A model generated the notes under the pieces. It did not search any database and was not told the origin of the DNA. It was given only the letters and a program-made list of their open reading frames with translations. A stretch of DNA of 64,000 nucleotides. Origin: Algivirga pacifica (lineage in GTDB: Bacteria; Bacteroidota; Bacteroidia; Cytophagales; Flammeovirgaceae). Position numbers and translations under genes: made by a program. Positions 38,543-48,421 of this stretch are shown here, piece by piece; position 1 is the stretch's first letter; every line of letters starts with the position of its first letter. Location of the stretch: contig NZ_BAABJX010000017.1 of assembly GCF_039543525.1 (NCBI RefSeq), positions 117,047-181,046 on the forward strand, in the 5' to 3' direction.

Positions 38543-40492
38543 ATGAATTATATACAAAGGGGACTACTTACATTGGTAGGAGTTTTTTCCCTAATCACCC
38601 ACAGTATGGCCGACTCCGGCGATAAACCCCAATATGCTGTCAGTAAAATTGATCCTGAACTCAAAAAAGGAAAATATTCCGTGGTCAGGGTGGATGAGAT
38701 GGAGCTAGACGTAATTACACCCACAAAGGCTCTTTTCAAAACCCATTATGTCATCACGATCTTCAATAAGAAAGCAGAAGATTTAGCGGAGCATGCCTTT
38801 ACCTATGACAACGAAACAGTATTATCCTTTGCAGAGGCCAGGGTATATGATCAAAATGGTGATTTGCTGGATCGTATCAAGGCTAAGGACATGAAGGATG
38901 AGGGGACTTACAGACATACTTCTTTGTTTGATGATAACCGTAGAAAAGTAGTTGACCTGAAGCGAACGACCTATCCCTATACGGTAGAGTTTGTAGAGGA
39001 GAAAGTGCTGCATTCGACCATGTTTTTACCTTCTTGGGTTGGATTCTCTGATCGCAAGATGGGGGTGGAATCTTCAATATATAAGGTAACGGCTCCTGCA
39101 GGAGTATTGAAGTACAAACAGAATGAAATGGCGCCAGAGCCTGTGATTTCCAAACAAGAAGGAAAAGAAACCTACGTATGGAAGCTAGAGCAGGAAGAAG
39201 GGATACGAAAGTTTGAAAAGCGCTACCCAATAGCTGAACAGCTGCCTAGCGTAACACTTGCAGCCAATGTTTTTGCAATGGATGGCCATCAGGGAGATTA
39301 TACGTCATGGAAGACCTTTGGAAAGTGGATCTGGGGGCTAAACAAAGGACAGGACGTCGTTCCAGAAGAATTAAAATACACCATTCATAGCGTAACCGAT
39401 ACGTTACAGACCTCTAGAGAGAAAGCAAAAGCCGTTTACGAATTTGTGCAGCAAAATACCCATTATGTAAACTTGTCATTAGGTATAGGAGGTTTCAAGC
39501 CTTTTAGCGTAGAGCAAGTATACCGTACTGGGTATGGAGATTGTAAGGCGCTGACAAATTATACCTATTCATTATTGAAAGAAGTGGGGGTGCCCTCTGT
39601 TTATACTTTGGTAAGGGCTGGGCGTGATGCTAATCCTATCGATACGACATTTGTTGCTAGTCAATTTAATCATGTTATCCTATCTGTTCCCTTAGACAAA
39701 GATACGGTGTTTCTGGAGTGTACCAGTCAGGACGTACCTTTCGGATTTATTGGTGGGTTTACTGATGACCGTGATGTACTATTTATTACAGAAGAAGGAG
39801 GGGAATTAGGTAGAACAAAGCGATATACCCAAGAAGAGAATGTATGGAGCTCAAAAATGGAAGTGTTGCTCGATGAGGAAGGAGTTGCCAGAAGTACCTA
39901 TTGGTTAAATGCCACTGGAATGATGTATGATAATTTTTACTTCATGTTAGGGGTAAAAGAAAGAGAAAAGCAAATCAAGTTTATTAATCGTTTGCTGGAG
40001 GTGAAAAGTATGGAGATTGGTGAGATCGAGATGGAAGAGGAACGGGATGTAATCCCCACATTCCACTTGAAAACAGATTTTGAATCCAGGTTAATGGTGG
40101 AGAAAAGTGTGGGACGATTTTTCATTACGCCCAACCAAGTCAATGCGCTGACGAGCACGCCTAAAAAAGCCAAGAACAGAAAGAACCCTTTCTATCAGTA
40201 CAATGAAGATATAGAAGTAGATACCGTGGTATGGCAGCTGCCAGAGGGGTATAGTTTAGAAAATAAGCCTGCCGATATTCAGTTGAAATGTCCGATGGGT
40301 ACCTTTGAGGCAACCTATAACGTGGAGGGAAGCCAACTAACATATACTAGAAAACTGGCACTTCAAAAAGGGGTATATGCCCCCGAACTATACAACGAAT
40401 ATGTGGAGTTCCTGAGAAGCGTCAAAAAAGCAGACCGAGAAAAGGTGACCTTTCACAAACAAGAAGAAGACTCACCTAAAAAGGATTTATAA
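38543..40492 (+). CDS. Secreted DUF3857/transglutaminase-like/DUF3858-type protein
   Basis: Signal peptide; transglutaminase-like core YRTGYGDCKALTNYTYSLLKEVGVP with Cys; 649 aa typical of this Bacteroidota family. Confidence 0.55.
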   Translation: MNYIQRGLLTLVGVFSLITHSMADSGDKPQYAVSKIDPELKKGKYSVVRVDEMELDVITPTKALFKTHYVITIFNKKAEDLAEHAFTYDNETVLSFAEARVYDQNGDLLDRIKAKDMKDEGTYRHTSLFDDNRRKVVDLKRTTYPYTVEFVEEKVLHSTMFLPSWVGFSDRKMGVESSIYKVTAPAGVLKYKQNEMAPEPVISKQEGKETYVWKLEQEEGIRKFEKRYPIAEQLPSVTLAANVFAMDGHQGDYTSWKTFGKWIWGLNKGQDVVPEELKYTIHSVTDTLQTSREKAKAVYEFVQQNTHYVNLSLGIGGFKPFSVEQVYRTGYGDCKALTNYTYSLLKEVGVPSVYTLVRAGRDANPIDTTFVASQFNHVILSVPLDKDTVFLECTSQDVPFGFIGGFTDDRDVLFITEEGGELGRTKRYTQEENVWSSKMEVLLDEEGVARSTYWLNATGMMYDNFYFMLGVKEREKQIKFINRLLEVKSMEIGEIEMEEERDVIPTFHLKTDFESRLMVEKSVGRFFITPNQVNALTSTPKKAKNRKNPFYQYNEDIEVDTVVWQLPEGYSLENKPADIQLKCPMGTFEATYNVEGSQLTYTRKLALQKGVYAPELYNEYVEFLRSVKKADREKVTFHKQEEDSPKKDL

Positions 40493-40534
40493 TTAGAGCT
40501 CATTCAATTTTTTTTCATTTTTAATTTTAACCAA

Positions 40535-42517
40535 ATGCGATTAATCATTACACTGCTTTTATTATGCTTTTTATCTACGGCTTTTGGGCAGTTTAAAACG
40601 GCTAAATGGGGTAGGCTATTTAAAGAAGATGTAGAATATACTACATGTGAATTTGAGCCTGAAGCTAAGGCGGTTATTTTGTTTCATGTTGGGAAGTATA
40701 ATTTCATAGGTTCAAGTAATCAAATACATACAAATATCTATAAGCGTATAAAGCTTTTAACTGATGACGCTGAAGAGTACGCTAATATTGTTATTCCTAT
40801 TTATACTAAGGATGATACAGAACGCATTTCAGGACTGCATGCTCAAACGTTGGTTGTAGACCCCAATGGTAAATTGCAGAAGTATACTCTAGATAAAAAA
40901 GATATATATTATACGAAGCTAAATGAGAATATAACTTTAGTGAAATTCACTTTTCCTCAGGCACAGAAAGGGGCAATTTTAGAGTATAAATATCGAGTAA
41001 GAGACAAGAATATTGTTATGCCTGATCCATGGTATTTTCAAAGTGAGAAGATGCCTACAGAGTTCAGCCATATTAAATTTACTTACCCAGATTACTTGGG
41101 GTATAAGATAAAGACACAAGGTCATCGCTTATCCTTAAAGTATATGGGTAAGAATAATATTAATGCTTGGGAGTTAGAGAAAATACCTTCAATGAAGGAT
41201 GTGGATTTTCTTTTTTGCGAGGATGATTATCGACTCCAGCTTTCAATTCAGCTTAATTCCTACAGGACAAATCAAGGCTACGACAAGGAATTCGGTAATA
41301 ATTGGAATCAAATAGCGAAATCAACACGTCTAGCAGACGCATTTTATAGTTACAATCGGAAAGGGAAATACAAAAAGATTGTAGAAGAGATTGTGCAAGA
41401 TGATGATTCTGAGCAAGTAAAAGTGTCAAAGCTTTATGCTTATGTAACAACACACTTCAAATGGGACGAGAAGTATGATCTTTACCCTTCACAATCTTTA
41501 TCAGAGTTGCTAGTAAGTAAAAAAGGAAGCTCCGCAGAACTGAACGCCTTGATGAAAGGCTTGTGCGAGGTGGCAGGTTTACAGGCTGAGTGGGTGGCGA
41601 ACAGTACGCGTACACATGGAATGATTTTCGAACATATTCCTATGTTTGATGCTTTCAATAACCTATTGGCAAGTGTTGTTGTGGATGGGAAACAATGGTA
41701 TATAGATACCACACATCCGAAACTTCCATGGAACTTGCCTCACCAAAACTTGCTAACGACTAAGACATTTGCTTTTGAACGCTCAGGAAGCTTCTGGGGA
41801 GAGGTAGCGACGGATGAGAGAAGTATGGTGAATATGTACTTTCAGATGGACTATACAGGAGAGGAACCAACCTGTAAGGCCAAAATTAGCTACCAAGGAT
41901 ACGATGCTTACGATAAGAGAAAAGAGCTGTTGAAAGAAAAAGAAGCACTGGAAGAAGAAGAGGATGAGGACGAAGACGAGGAGGAAGATGAGGAGGAAGA
42001 TGAGGAGGATGCAACCGAGGACGAAGATGATGAAGAGTTTATGCTGCAAGGGTTTGAGGTTGTGAATGCTGAATTGTCTGACCTTGAAAATGTGAATGAG
42101 GATGTAACCCTTAGCTTGGAGTGGAAAGCAGACCCATTGACTGAGGAAACAGGAAACATCTACCTGGAGGCCGTAGCACCTACGATATTCAAGGATAACC
42201 CTTTTACACAAGAACAACGATTATTCCCAATAGAATTTGATAGCCCGTGGCATTTTAATTATGTAATGACGGTTAAAATACCGAAAGGGTATCGTATCGC
42301 AGATCAACCCAAAGGAACAGCTGCCCGACTGCCAGCGAATGTAGGAAAGGTAGTCTATGTGGCTAATGAGAATGCGGGGATTCTAACGGTACGTATGAAG
42401 GTAGATATCAATAATACGTATATGCATCAGGATTTCTATCCAAACCTGAAGCAGTTCTTTGATTTACTGTTGGATTACAGTAACAAGAAAATTGTGATGG
42501 AGAAAGTAGATATATAA
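40535..42517 (+). CDS. Secreted DUF3857-like paralog with internal poly-acidic stretch
   Basis: Signal peptide; same overall size and architecture as upstream gene; EEEEDEDEDEEEDEEEDEEDATEDEDDEE insert; 42-bp gap from upstream gene. Confidence 0.45.
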   Translation: MRLIITLLLLCFLSTAFGQFKTAKWGRLFKEDVEYTTCEFEPEAKAVILFHVGKYNFIGSSNQIHTNIYKRIKLLTDDAEEYANIVIPIYTKDDTERISGLHAQTLVVDPNGKLQKYTLDKKDIYYTKLNENITLVKFTFPQAQKGAILEYKYRVRDKNIVMPDPWYFQSEKMPTEFSHIKFTYPDYLGYKIKTQGHRLSLKYMGKNNINAWELEKIPSMKDVDFLFCEDDYRLQLSIQLNSYRTNQGYDKEFGNNWNQIAKSTRLADAFYSYNRKGKYKKIVEEIVQDDDSEQVKVSKLYAYVTTHFKWDEKYDLYPSQSLSELLVSKKGSSAELNALMKGLCEVAGLQAEWVANSTRTHGMIFEHIPMFDAFNNLLASVVVDGKQWYIDTTHPKLPWNLPHQNLLTTKTFAFERSGSFWGEVATDERSMVNMYFQMDYTGEEPTCKAKISYQGYDAYDKRKELLKEKEALEEEEDEDEDEEEDEEEDEEDATEDEDDEEFMLQGFEVVNAELSDLENVNEDVTLSLEWKADPLTEETGNIYLEAVAPTIFKDNPFTQEQRLFPIEFDSPWHFNYVMTVKIPKGYRIADQPKGTAARLPANVGKVVYVANENAGILTVRMKVDINNTYMHQDFYPNLKQFFDLLLDYSNKKIVMEKVDI

Positions 42518-42554
42518 TTAGAAATTAATGACGCTATATTTTATTTAGATCATA

Positions 42555-42595
42555 AAAAAGTGCGCTAACGACTTCTCGTTAGCGCACTTTTTTGT
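42555..42595 (+). terminator. Strong rho-independent terminator
   Basis: A6-GTGCGCTAACG-ACTTCT-CGTTAGCGCAC-T6, 11-bp perfect stem. Confidence 0.8.
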
Positions 42596-42764
42596 AATTA
42601 TGCATTAGAGTTTGTTTGGAATGGTGATTAGAGGAATTTTCTTTCTAAATCAGTATTCCAGATAAGATCTTATGTCCTTGAGAAATAAAGGATTACTATA
42701 CTGCGGGGTACAGCCCTGTGATACAATTAACCAACCCAACAGCTTTAAAAAAGCCCAAGTAACC

Positions 42765-43727
42765 ATGAAATCCTTAAGCTTATGTTTTGTCTTAAGCCTT
42801 CTTGTGAGTATAGAAGGCGTTGGACAAAATCAAACCAATGATGTAGCCTTAAATATTAACAAAATACCGTTTCATAGTATCAAAATTCACGGAGATGGAA
42901 ATTATATAATTCAGTATCATCCAATAGCAGCCATAACGATGGACGCTCGGGTGAGAAACTTCGTGGAACTCAACCATCAGGATGGCACACTTGCTATACG
43001 ATTAAAAGATAATATCCCTCAGCCTTTATTAAAGCACAAAGCGATACTCTTGGAGTTACCAGATTTACAAAAACTGGAAATCATAGGGGATGGCGATGTT
43101 CGCTTACAAGAGTGCCTGGGAAAATCCTCACTCACCATGCATAAATTTGGAAATGGGGATCTGATAGGTAAGGTTATCGCGGAGGTGTTACTTGTCGGAA
43201 TTAATGGAGAAGGCATTCACGACTTATCAATTCATGCTAAAGAAGCACGCCTGGTACAGAAAGGAGTATCTGAGGTCACTATGAAAACCGAAGGTGGTTA
43301 TACGATAATAGAGAAGTATGGAACTGGTAGGTTGCAGTTAAACTCCAAGGTAGAGAAGGTGCAAGTGATCGTACAAGATGAAGGAACTATTGACTTGGAT
43401 CTTGAGGCAAAGGAAGCTGGTCTACGATTAGCTAATGAGGCTAATTTGTCGGGTAAGATGAAAGCCATGGAGCTAACACTAAACAAAAGCAAGGAGGGAG
43501 ATGTGCAATTGAGTGGAGAAGTAGAGCAAATGAATCTACAGGTTTCAGGAGAAGGTCATGTAAATTTGGAAGGCTTGAAAGTGAACCATTGCCTACTGCA
43601 TAAAAAAGGAAGTGGGAATCTGAAAATGTATATTCTTCAAACGTTGTCCATGGAAATCAAGGGGAAAGGCTCTGTGCATTACTTGGGGAATCCACAAGTA
43701 TCTAAGCTCTTGGTACATCAGGAATAG
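42765..43727 (+). CDS. Secreted DUF2807-like (putative adhesin head / GIN-domain) protein
   Basis: Start chosen at internal Met giving signal peptide MKSLSLCFVLSLLV; repeated G.G.V.L/G…I.G.G beta-solenoid-like units. Confidence 0.4.
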   Translation: MKSLSLCFVLSLLVSIEGVGQNQTNDVALNINKIPFHSIKIHGDGNYIIQYHPIAAITMDARVRNFVELNHQDGTLAIRLKDNIPQPLLKHKAILLELPDLQKLEIIGDGDVRLQECLGKSSLTMHKFGNGDLIGKVIAEVLLVGINGEGIHDLSIHAKEARLVQKGVSEVTMKTEGGYTIIEKYGTGRLQLNSKVEKVQVIVQDEGTIDLDLEAKEAGLRLANEANLSGKMKAMELTLNKSKEGDVQLSGEVEQMNLQVSGEGHVNLEGLKVNHCLLHKKGSGNLKMYILQTLSMEIKGKGSVHYLGNPQVSKLLVHQE

Positions 43728-43834
43728 GTTGTTGAAAAATTTACAATGAATACATCAGGGTTTCAGGGTTGAGATCCTTTTTTTATTCAATAACGAAGAT
43801 ATTAATAGACTTAAAGTGTGATTTATACAATTTA

Positions 43835-43860
43835 CCTCCCTGTATGCAGGGAGTTTTTCA
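43835..43860 (+). terminator. Rho-independent terminator
   Basis: CCTCCCTG-TATG-CAGGGAG-TTTTT. Confidence 0.6.
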
Positions 43861-44250
43861 TTTTTATTTGTCTATATGATAATTTTGTTGTGATAAATAA
43901 AATATATGTAAAGGTCTTTTTGTTGAAATATTTTGTAATAAAAATGAATTAAAGTAAAATTTTATCATAAAAATCTTCTTTTAATACTTCCTGATCCCTG
44001 AATACAGTGATTTGTAGTGATTTAATAGGTGTATATTTTTTATGTGAGGATTAATTTTTTATAAATTATGTATATCAAAATTAAAAGTAACCCATTTCAA
44101 AACCCTTTCCGATAGGTTTTGAATATTCATTGAAGTACACTTATTATTTACTTTATCGACATGCATTGACAAAAAAGGCCCGTTTTGTCAACTGATCTCC
44201 TATTGCCTTTATTGAACGCATGCATGTCTTAAAACCCACAACAAACACTT

Positions 44251-46407
44251 ATGCAATTTTGGATCAACACCAGAACACTAAGCATCATTACAATCTTATT
44301 GATGACTTTTACAAGTTGTGTCAAAGAACAAGAAATGCCTCTTGTTCAAGTACAGGAGAAGGTAAGTCTTGTTACCAAACGACATGACCGACCAACTGTA
44401 GAGCAAGAAACTCCACCATTAGCAAATACAACTCGTCCAAAGACTAGTGATCTTTCCTCAAATGCCCGTACAGCTTTGGGAGGAAACAATGCGCTAGGAG
44501 TATGGCTATGGTATATTGAAGGGACAGGGTATTCTTCTCATGCGCAATTAGCCGATCAACTAGCTTCTATGGGAGTCAATAGAATTTATGTAAAGGTAGG
44601 AGACGGAACCAATCAATGGGCAGAAGCTACCAATACAAACTTGGTGCAAACCTATAAAGCCAGAGGTATAGAGACATGGGCTTGGGGGTATAATTATCCA
44701 GGGAACGTAGAGGCTCAAGCAGACATCGTTTATCAGGCAGCTAAAACGGGGTATGAAGGATATGTGACCGATATAGAGATTGAGTTTGATGGGAAGTCTA
44801 CAGAACTACATGCCATTTTGGGAGAGTTTAGGGAGGCTATCAGTCAGGCGGTAACCGATGGACATACGACTAATGACTTTAAGCTATACTGTACTTCCTG
44901 GGGTAACCCCGTGGATCATGGTATGCGAGTGGATATCATCGATCAATATGTGGATGCTCATATGCCGCAGACTTACCTGGAGGTTTGGGGAAGTTCATAT
45001 ATGTCTAATGCGACTTATTGGGTAAACTACGGTACGCAGGAGTATAGAGATCAGGGCTGTGTTAAACCTATTCACCATATTGTAAGTAACGAATATGATA
45101 ACATTACGGCGGCTCAGATGAATGAGTTTATTGCTGCTTCAGGGGCGGAAACCTCTATTTGGAGAATACCGGGGGGAGAGTCTCCGTTAAGTATCTGGAA
45201 TACTTTGGAGCAGTTAAATTGGCAACAGGATATGGGGTATGAGTCTGGAGCAGGATCAGGGGCTGGAACACCGACCGATTATGATGAGCACTGGGCAAGT
45301 GTTGAAATTAGCTATATGATCGATAATGGGTATATGTCTGGATATGGAGACGGTTCCTTTAAACCTGATAACACTTTGACAAGAGCAGAATTTGCGAGTA
45401 TGATTGTAGCAACACTTAATCCTGCTCAAAAACCAGAATATGCCAGCAGAAGTTTTAATGATATCAGTGGACATTGGGCAGAAGCTAAAATATTGCAAGC
45501 CGCAAGAGCAGGCTATCTTTCGGGGTATGCGGATGGTACTTTCAGGCCTAACGATCAAATCACCCGTGAGCAACTGTTTGTATCGCTAGCAGGAAATGAA
45601 AATATAGTAGCAGGTTGTGAGGCGTTATTGGATGAGTATACGGACAAAGGGAGTATATCTTCTTGGGCCAAAGGAGGTGTAGCAGATGCTACCAACAATA
45701 AATTAGTGGCTAATTACCCTACAAAAACAAGCCTATATCCGATGGAGGCAGCTTACAGGGGAGAGGCCGTAACCGCCTTGTATCAGTTAATGGTATTAGA
45801 AGGAAATGCTCCGGCATATACCAATGCTTATACGGTAGAATCAACAATTACATGTGCTGGAGGTGGCGGTAGTTCAGCAGGGTATATTGAAGGAGTGCCC
45901 TATTTCTATCAGTTGAATAACAGTGTTAACCCTTCTGGGTCTTGCCAAAATACGGGTATGGCTATGGTATTACGTTACTATGGAGCTAATGTGACACCTG
46001 ATGAGATATCCAACTATTATGGGACAAGTCAGGCACAAACTGTATCTGGTTTTGAAACAGTGTTTAATTCTGAAGCGGCTTATTTTGGTTTGAATGTGAG
46101 GGACCAGGGAACAACAACGGGGACCATACAGCAATTGCAACAATTGGTGGCAGAAGGAAAACCTGTCGTAGCTCACGGATATACGACAGGGTATGGACAC
46201 TTGATTGTATTCTTAGGATTTGACGGAGAATATTATACCGTACACGACCCTTACGGAAAATGGAATCAGGTGCCGTACAGCTCCGGCTATACCAATACAT
46301 CAACAGCGGGAAAACTGACCCGTTACCATAAGGATGCTATCCGAGATGCGTTTGCGCCTGATGGGTACGTATGGCTACATGAGATAGTCTTTACGCAAGG
46401 CAATTAA
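44251..46407 (+). CDS. Multidomain lipoprotein: N-terminal TIM-barrel glycoside-hydrolase-like domain, three SLH-like repeats, C-terminal C39-like cysteine peptidase domain
   Basis: Lipobox MTFTSC; SLH-like motifs (HWASVEISYMIDNGYMSGYGDGSFKPDNTLTRAEFASMIV; HWAEAKILQAARAGYLSGYADGTFRPNDQITREQLF); C-terminal GSCQNTGMAMVLRYYG … GYGHLIVFLG Cys/His pair. Confidence 0.55.
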   Translation: MQFWINTRTLSIITILLMTFTSCVKEQEMPLVQVQEKVSLVTKRHDRPTVEQETPPLANTTRPKTSDLSSNARTALGGNNALGVWLWYIEGTGYSSHAQLADQLASMGVNRIYVKVGDGTNQWAEATNTNLVQTYKARGIETWAWGYNYPGNVEAQADIVYQAAKTGYEGYVTDIEIEFDGKSTELHAILGEFREAISQAVTDGHTTNDFKLYCTSWGNPVDHGMRVDIIDQYVDAHMPQTYLEVWGSSYMSNATYWVNYGTQEYRDQGCVKPIHHIVSNEYDNITAAQMNEFIAASGAETSIWRIPGGESPLSIWNTLEQLNWQQDMGYESGAGSGAGTPTDYDEHWASVEISYMIDNGYMSGYGDGSFKPDNTLTRAEFASMIVATLNPAQKPEYASRSFNDISGHWAEAKILQAARAGYLSGYADGTFRPNDQITREQLFVSLAGNENIVAGCEALLDEYTDKGSISSWAKGGVADATNNKLVANYPTKTSLYPMEAAYRGEAVTALYQLMVLEGNAPAYTNAYTVESTITCAGGGGSSAGYIEGVPYFYQLNNSVNPSGSCQNTGMAMVLRYYGANVTPDEISNYYGTSQAQTVSGFETVFNSEAAYFGLNVRDQGTTTGTIQQLQQLVAEGKPVVAHGYTTGYGHLIVFLGFDGEYYTVHDPYGKWNQVPYSSGYTNTSTAGKLTRYHKDAIRDAFAPDGYVWLHEIVFTQGN

Positions 46408-46418
46408 GCTTATTCGTA

Positions 46419-46557
46419 ATGTTGAATCGTTGAATCGTTGAATTAAGCTTTGCTTGTTGATTCGAGTTGAACCGTTGATTGGCCTCAATAAATATCAATC
46501 AACGGTTCAACTCGATTCAACTTATCGAAGATAAAATTCAACGATTCAACGATTCAA
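46419..46557. mobile_element. MITE-like core element with perfect 23-bp TIR GTTGAATCGTTGAATCGTTGAAT
   Basis: Left end 46419-46441 and right end 46535-46557 are exact reverse complements; internal sequence matches core of copies at 38299 and 59118. Confidence 0.6.
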
Positions 46558-46766
46558 CTAAACATCCCCAGATTAGTGTGATTCCGCTTTTTTTACAGAA
46601 ACATGTCTTTTTCTTTGCTGACTTTATTATTTTAGGCGGCAGAAATAAAAAATGCTACTAGAGACCTATTAAGTACAATACTGGTCTTTTGGAGATAAGT
46701 TCTTCCTGCTCAGAGGAAGAGCTTTTACTTTAAAATATTTTTTTTACCGGAAGGTCACAAAACTGA

Positions 46767-47240
46767 TTGAACACAATGAGTATTACTGTAAGAAGCTTTG
46801 AGGAATTTAAACAATATGAAGGGCAGGAATTAGGCGTTTCAGAGTATTTACAAATCACACAGGAGCAGATCAATAAATTTGCGGATGCAACCCTGGATGA
46901 TCAGTGGATACACACGCAGCCGGAGAGAGCGGAGAAAGAAAGTGCCTTCGGAACAACCATTGCACATGGATACTTGACCTTGTCATTGGTGCCTCACCTA
47001 TGGAACCAAATCTTGCAGGCAGAGAACCTAAAGATGATGGTGAACTATGGCGTAGAGAAGCTACGTTTTGCACAGCCTGTAAAGGTAAATGACCGTGTAA
47101 GACTGAAAGCAAGCTTGCATTCTATTGCTAACTTGAGAGGTGTAGTAAAAATTGAGGTAGATGTGAAATTGGAAATCGAAGGACAAAGAAAACCAGCGTA
47201 CTCTGGTATCCTTGTACTACTTTACCATTTCAACGACTAA
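46767..47240 (+). CDS. MaoC-like (R)-specific enoyl-CoA hydratase / hotdog-fold dehydratase
   Basis: 157 aa; DQWIHTQPERAEKESAFGTTIAHGYLTLSL matches MaoC dehydratase motif. Confidence 0.65.
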   Translation: MNTMSITVRSFEEFKQYEGQELGVSEYLQITQEQINKFADATLDDQWIHTQPERAEKESAFGTTIAHGYLTLSLVPHLWNQILQAENLKMMVNYGVEKLRFAQPVKVNDRVRLKASLHSIANLRGVVKIEVDVKLEIEGQRKPAYSGILVLLYHFND

Positions 47241-47261
47241 TAATTGACCCATGGCGATGCC

Positions 47262-47380
47262 ATGGGCTAGCCCACGGCACCGCCGTAAATTATAAATAGC
47301 CCACGGCAACGAAATGAAATTCAAATAGCCCACGGCAATGAAATGTAAATAGCCCACGGCAACGCCGTGGGTCACCAAAA
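47262..47380. repeat. Tandem repeat, 4 copies of TAGCCCACGGCAA(C/T) at 24-29-bp spacing, ending in hairpin CCCACGGCAACGCCGTGGG
   Basis: Copies at 47268, 47297, 47326, 47350; between convergent gene ends. Confidence 0.6.
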
Positions 47381-48376
47381 ATTGATCACTCGCTCCACCA
47401 ACCAAAAGGATGCCATAATGCCAATCCCATAGGCAGGAACCTTTTGTAGATAAACGGGCCAGTGCTTGTAAAGAAGCAGTAACTTGATCCCTGCCAGCAC
47501 CACAATGACAAATGCGATTTGTCCCAGTTCTACACCTATATTAAAAAAGGCTAGTGCTAAAGGAATCGCTGATTGAGGTACTCCCACTTCCGATAGTGCC
47601 CCCGCAAATCCAAATCCATGCAATAGTCCAAAAGAAAAAGCAACGAGCCATGGCTTTCGGCTACTGAGGGTTGATTTTCCTTCCTTATTTTTTAGAATTT
47701 CTACGGCCAGAAAAACAATACTTAATGCAATTGTAGCTTCTACCGGAGGTCCTGGAATACTCACCCATCCCAAGGTGGCTAGACTTAGCGTGATGCTATG
47801 GGCAATCGTAAAGGCTGTAATGGTTTTTAGAATTTTACTGAATCCTTTCGTAATAATCATTAAAGCCAAGACAAATAAGAGATGGTCAATGCCCTCCCAA
47901 ATATGTTCTATACCAAGTATACTGTAGTTGTAAATCACCTCCTTACTATTTGGAGAGGAGGGTAATAGGGCACTTGTTTGCTTGGGATTAAGTAGGAGTG
48001 TTATGTTTTCCCCATTGAGAAAAGTAGCATTGACAAGCACATCGACCATGGTTTTGTCCAACTGATCAATATGTAGTGTGGTGCCCATTAAAGGAGTGCT
48101 TCCTTTCAGTTCATAGGTATAGAGTAAAGCACCTTCAATAGCCTGAGGCACAGCAGAGGCTTGCAGTTGAAAAGAAGGTGCAAAAACAGGTTGTAAACGA
48201 AGCACCATATCTCCTTTTCGGGGGACTTTCCACATCACTTTATAGGTACTATCATTACTTTGAGTGATATGCAAATAGGCAGGGCGAAGTTCATGGGCAT
48301 CGCTTAGAGATATAGAAGTAATCAGTAAAAGGATTATCAATGAGAAAAGGTGAAGAAGGGGGGAGGTCTGTTTCAT
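47372..48376 (-). CDS. HupE/UreJ-family membrane protein with N-terminal periplasmic domain
   Basis: Signal peptide, C-terminal 6-TM region with GLLHGFGFAGALSE motif typical of HupE/UreJ_2. Confidence 0.5.
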   Translation of the reverse strand: MKQTSPLLHLFSLIILLLITSISLSDAHELRPAYLHITQSNDSTYKVMWKVPRKGDMVLRLQPVFAPSFQLQASAVPQAIEGALLYTYELKGSTPLMGTTLHIDQLDKTMVDVLVNATFLNGENITLLLNPKQTSALLPSSPNSKEVIYNYSILGIEHIWEGIDHLLFVLALMIITKGFSKILKTITAFTIAHSITLSLATLGWVSIPGPPVEATIALSIVFLAVEILKNKEGKSTLSSRKPWLVAFSFGLLHGFGFAGALSEVGVPQSAIPLALAFFNIGVELGQIAFVIVVLAGIKLLLLYKHWPVYLQKVPAYGIGIMASFWLVERVINFW

Positions 48377-48421
48377 ATTGTGTTTATCGGTTATTGCTTA
48401 ACGGTTACCGTTTAAATAATT

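Noticed and set aside
41783-42217. 144-aa minus-strand ORF and poly-Ser ORF (41908..42159) inside the DUF3857-like paralog
   Set aside because: Antisense to the poly-acidic GAA/GAG/GAT stretch; low complexity; overlapped completely by a better-supported gene.
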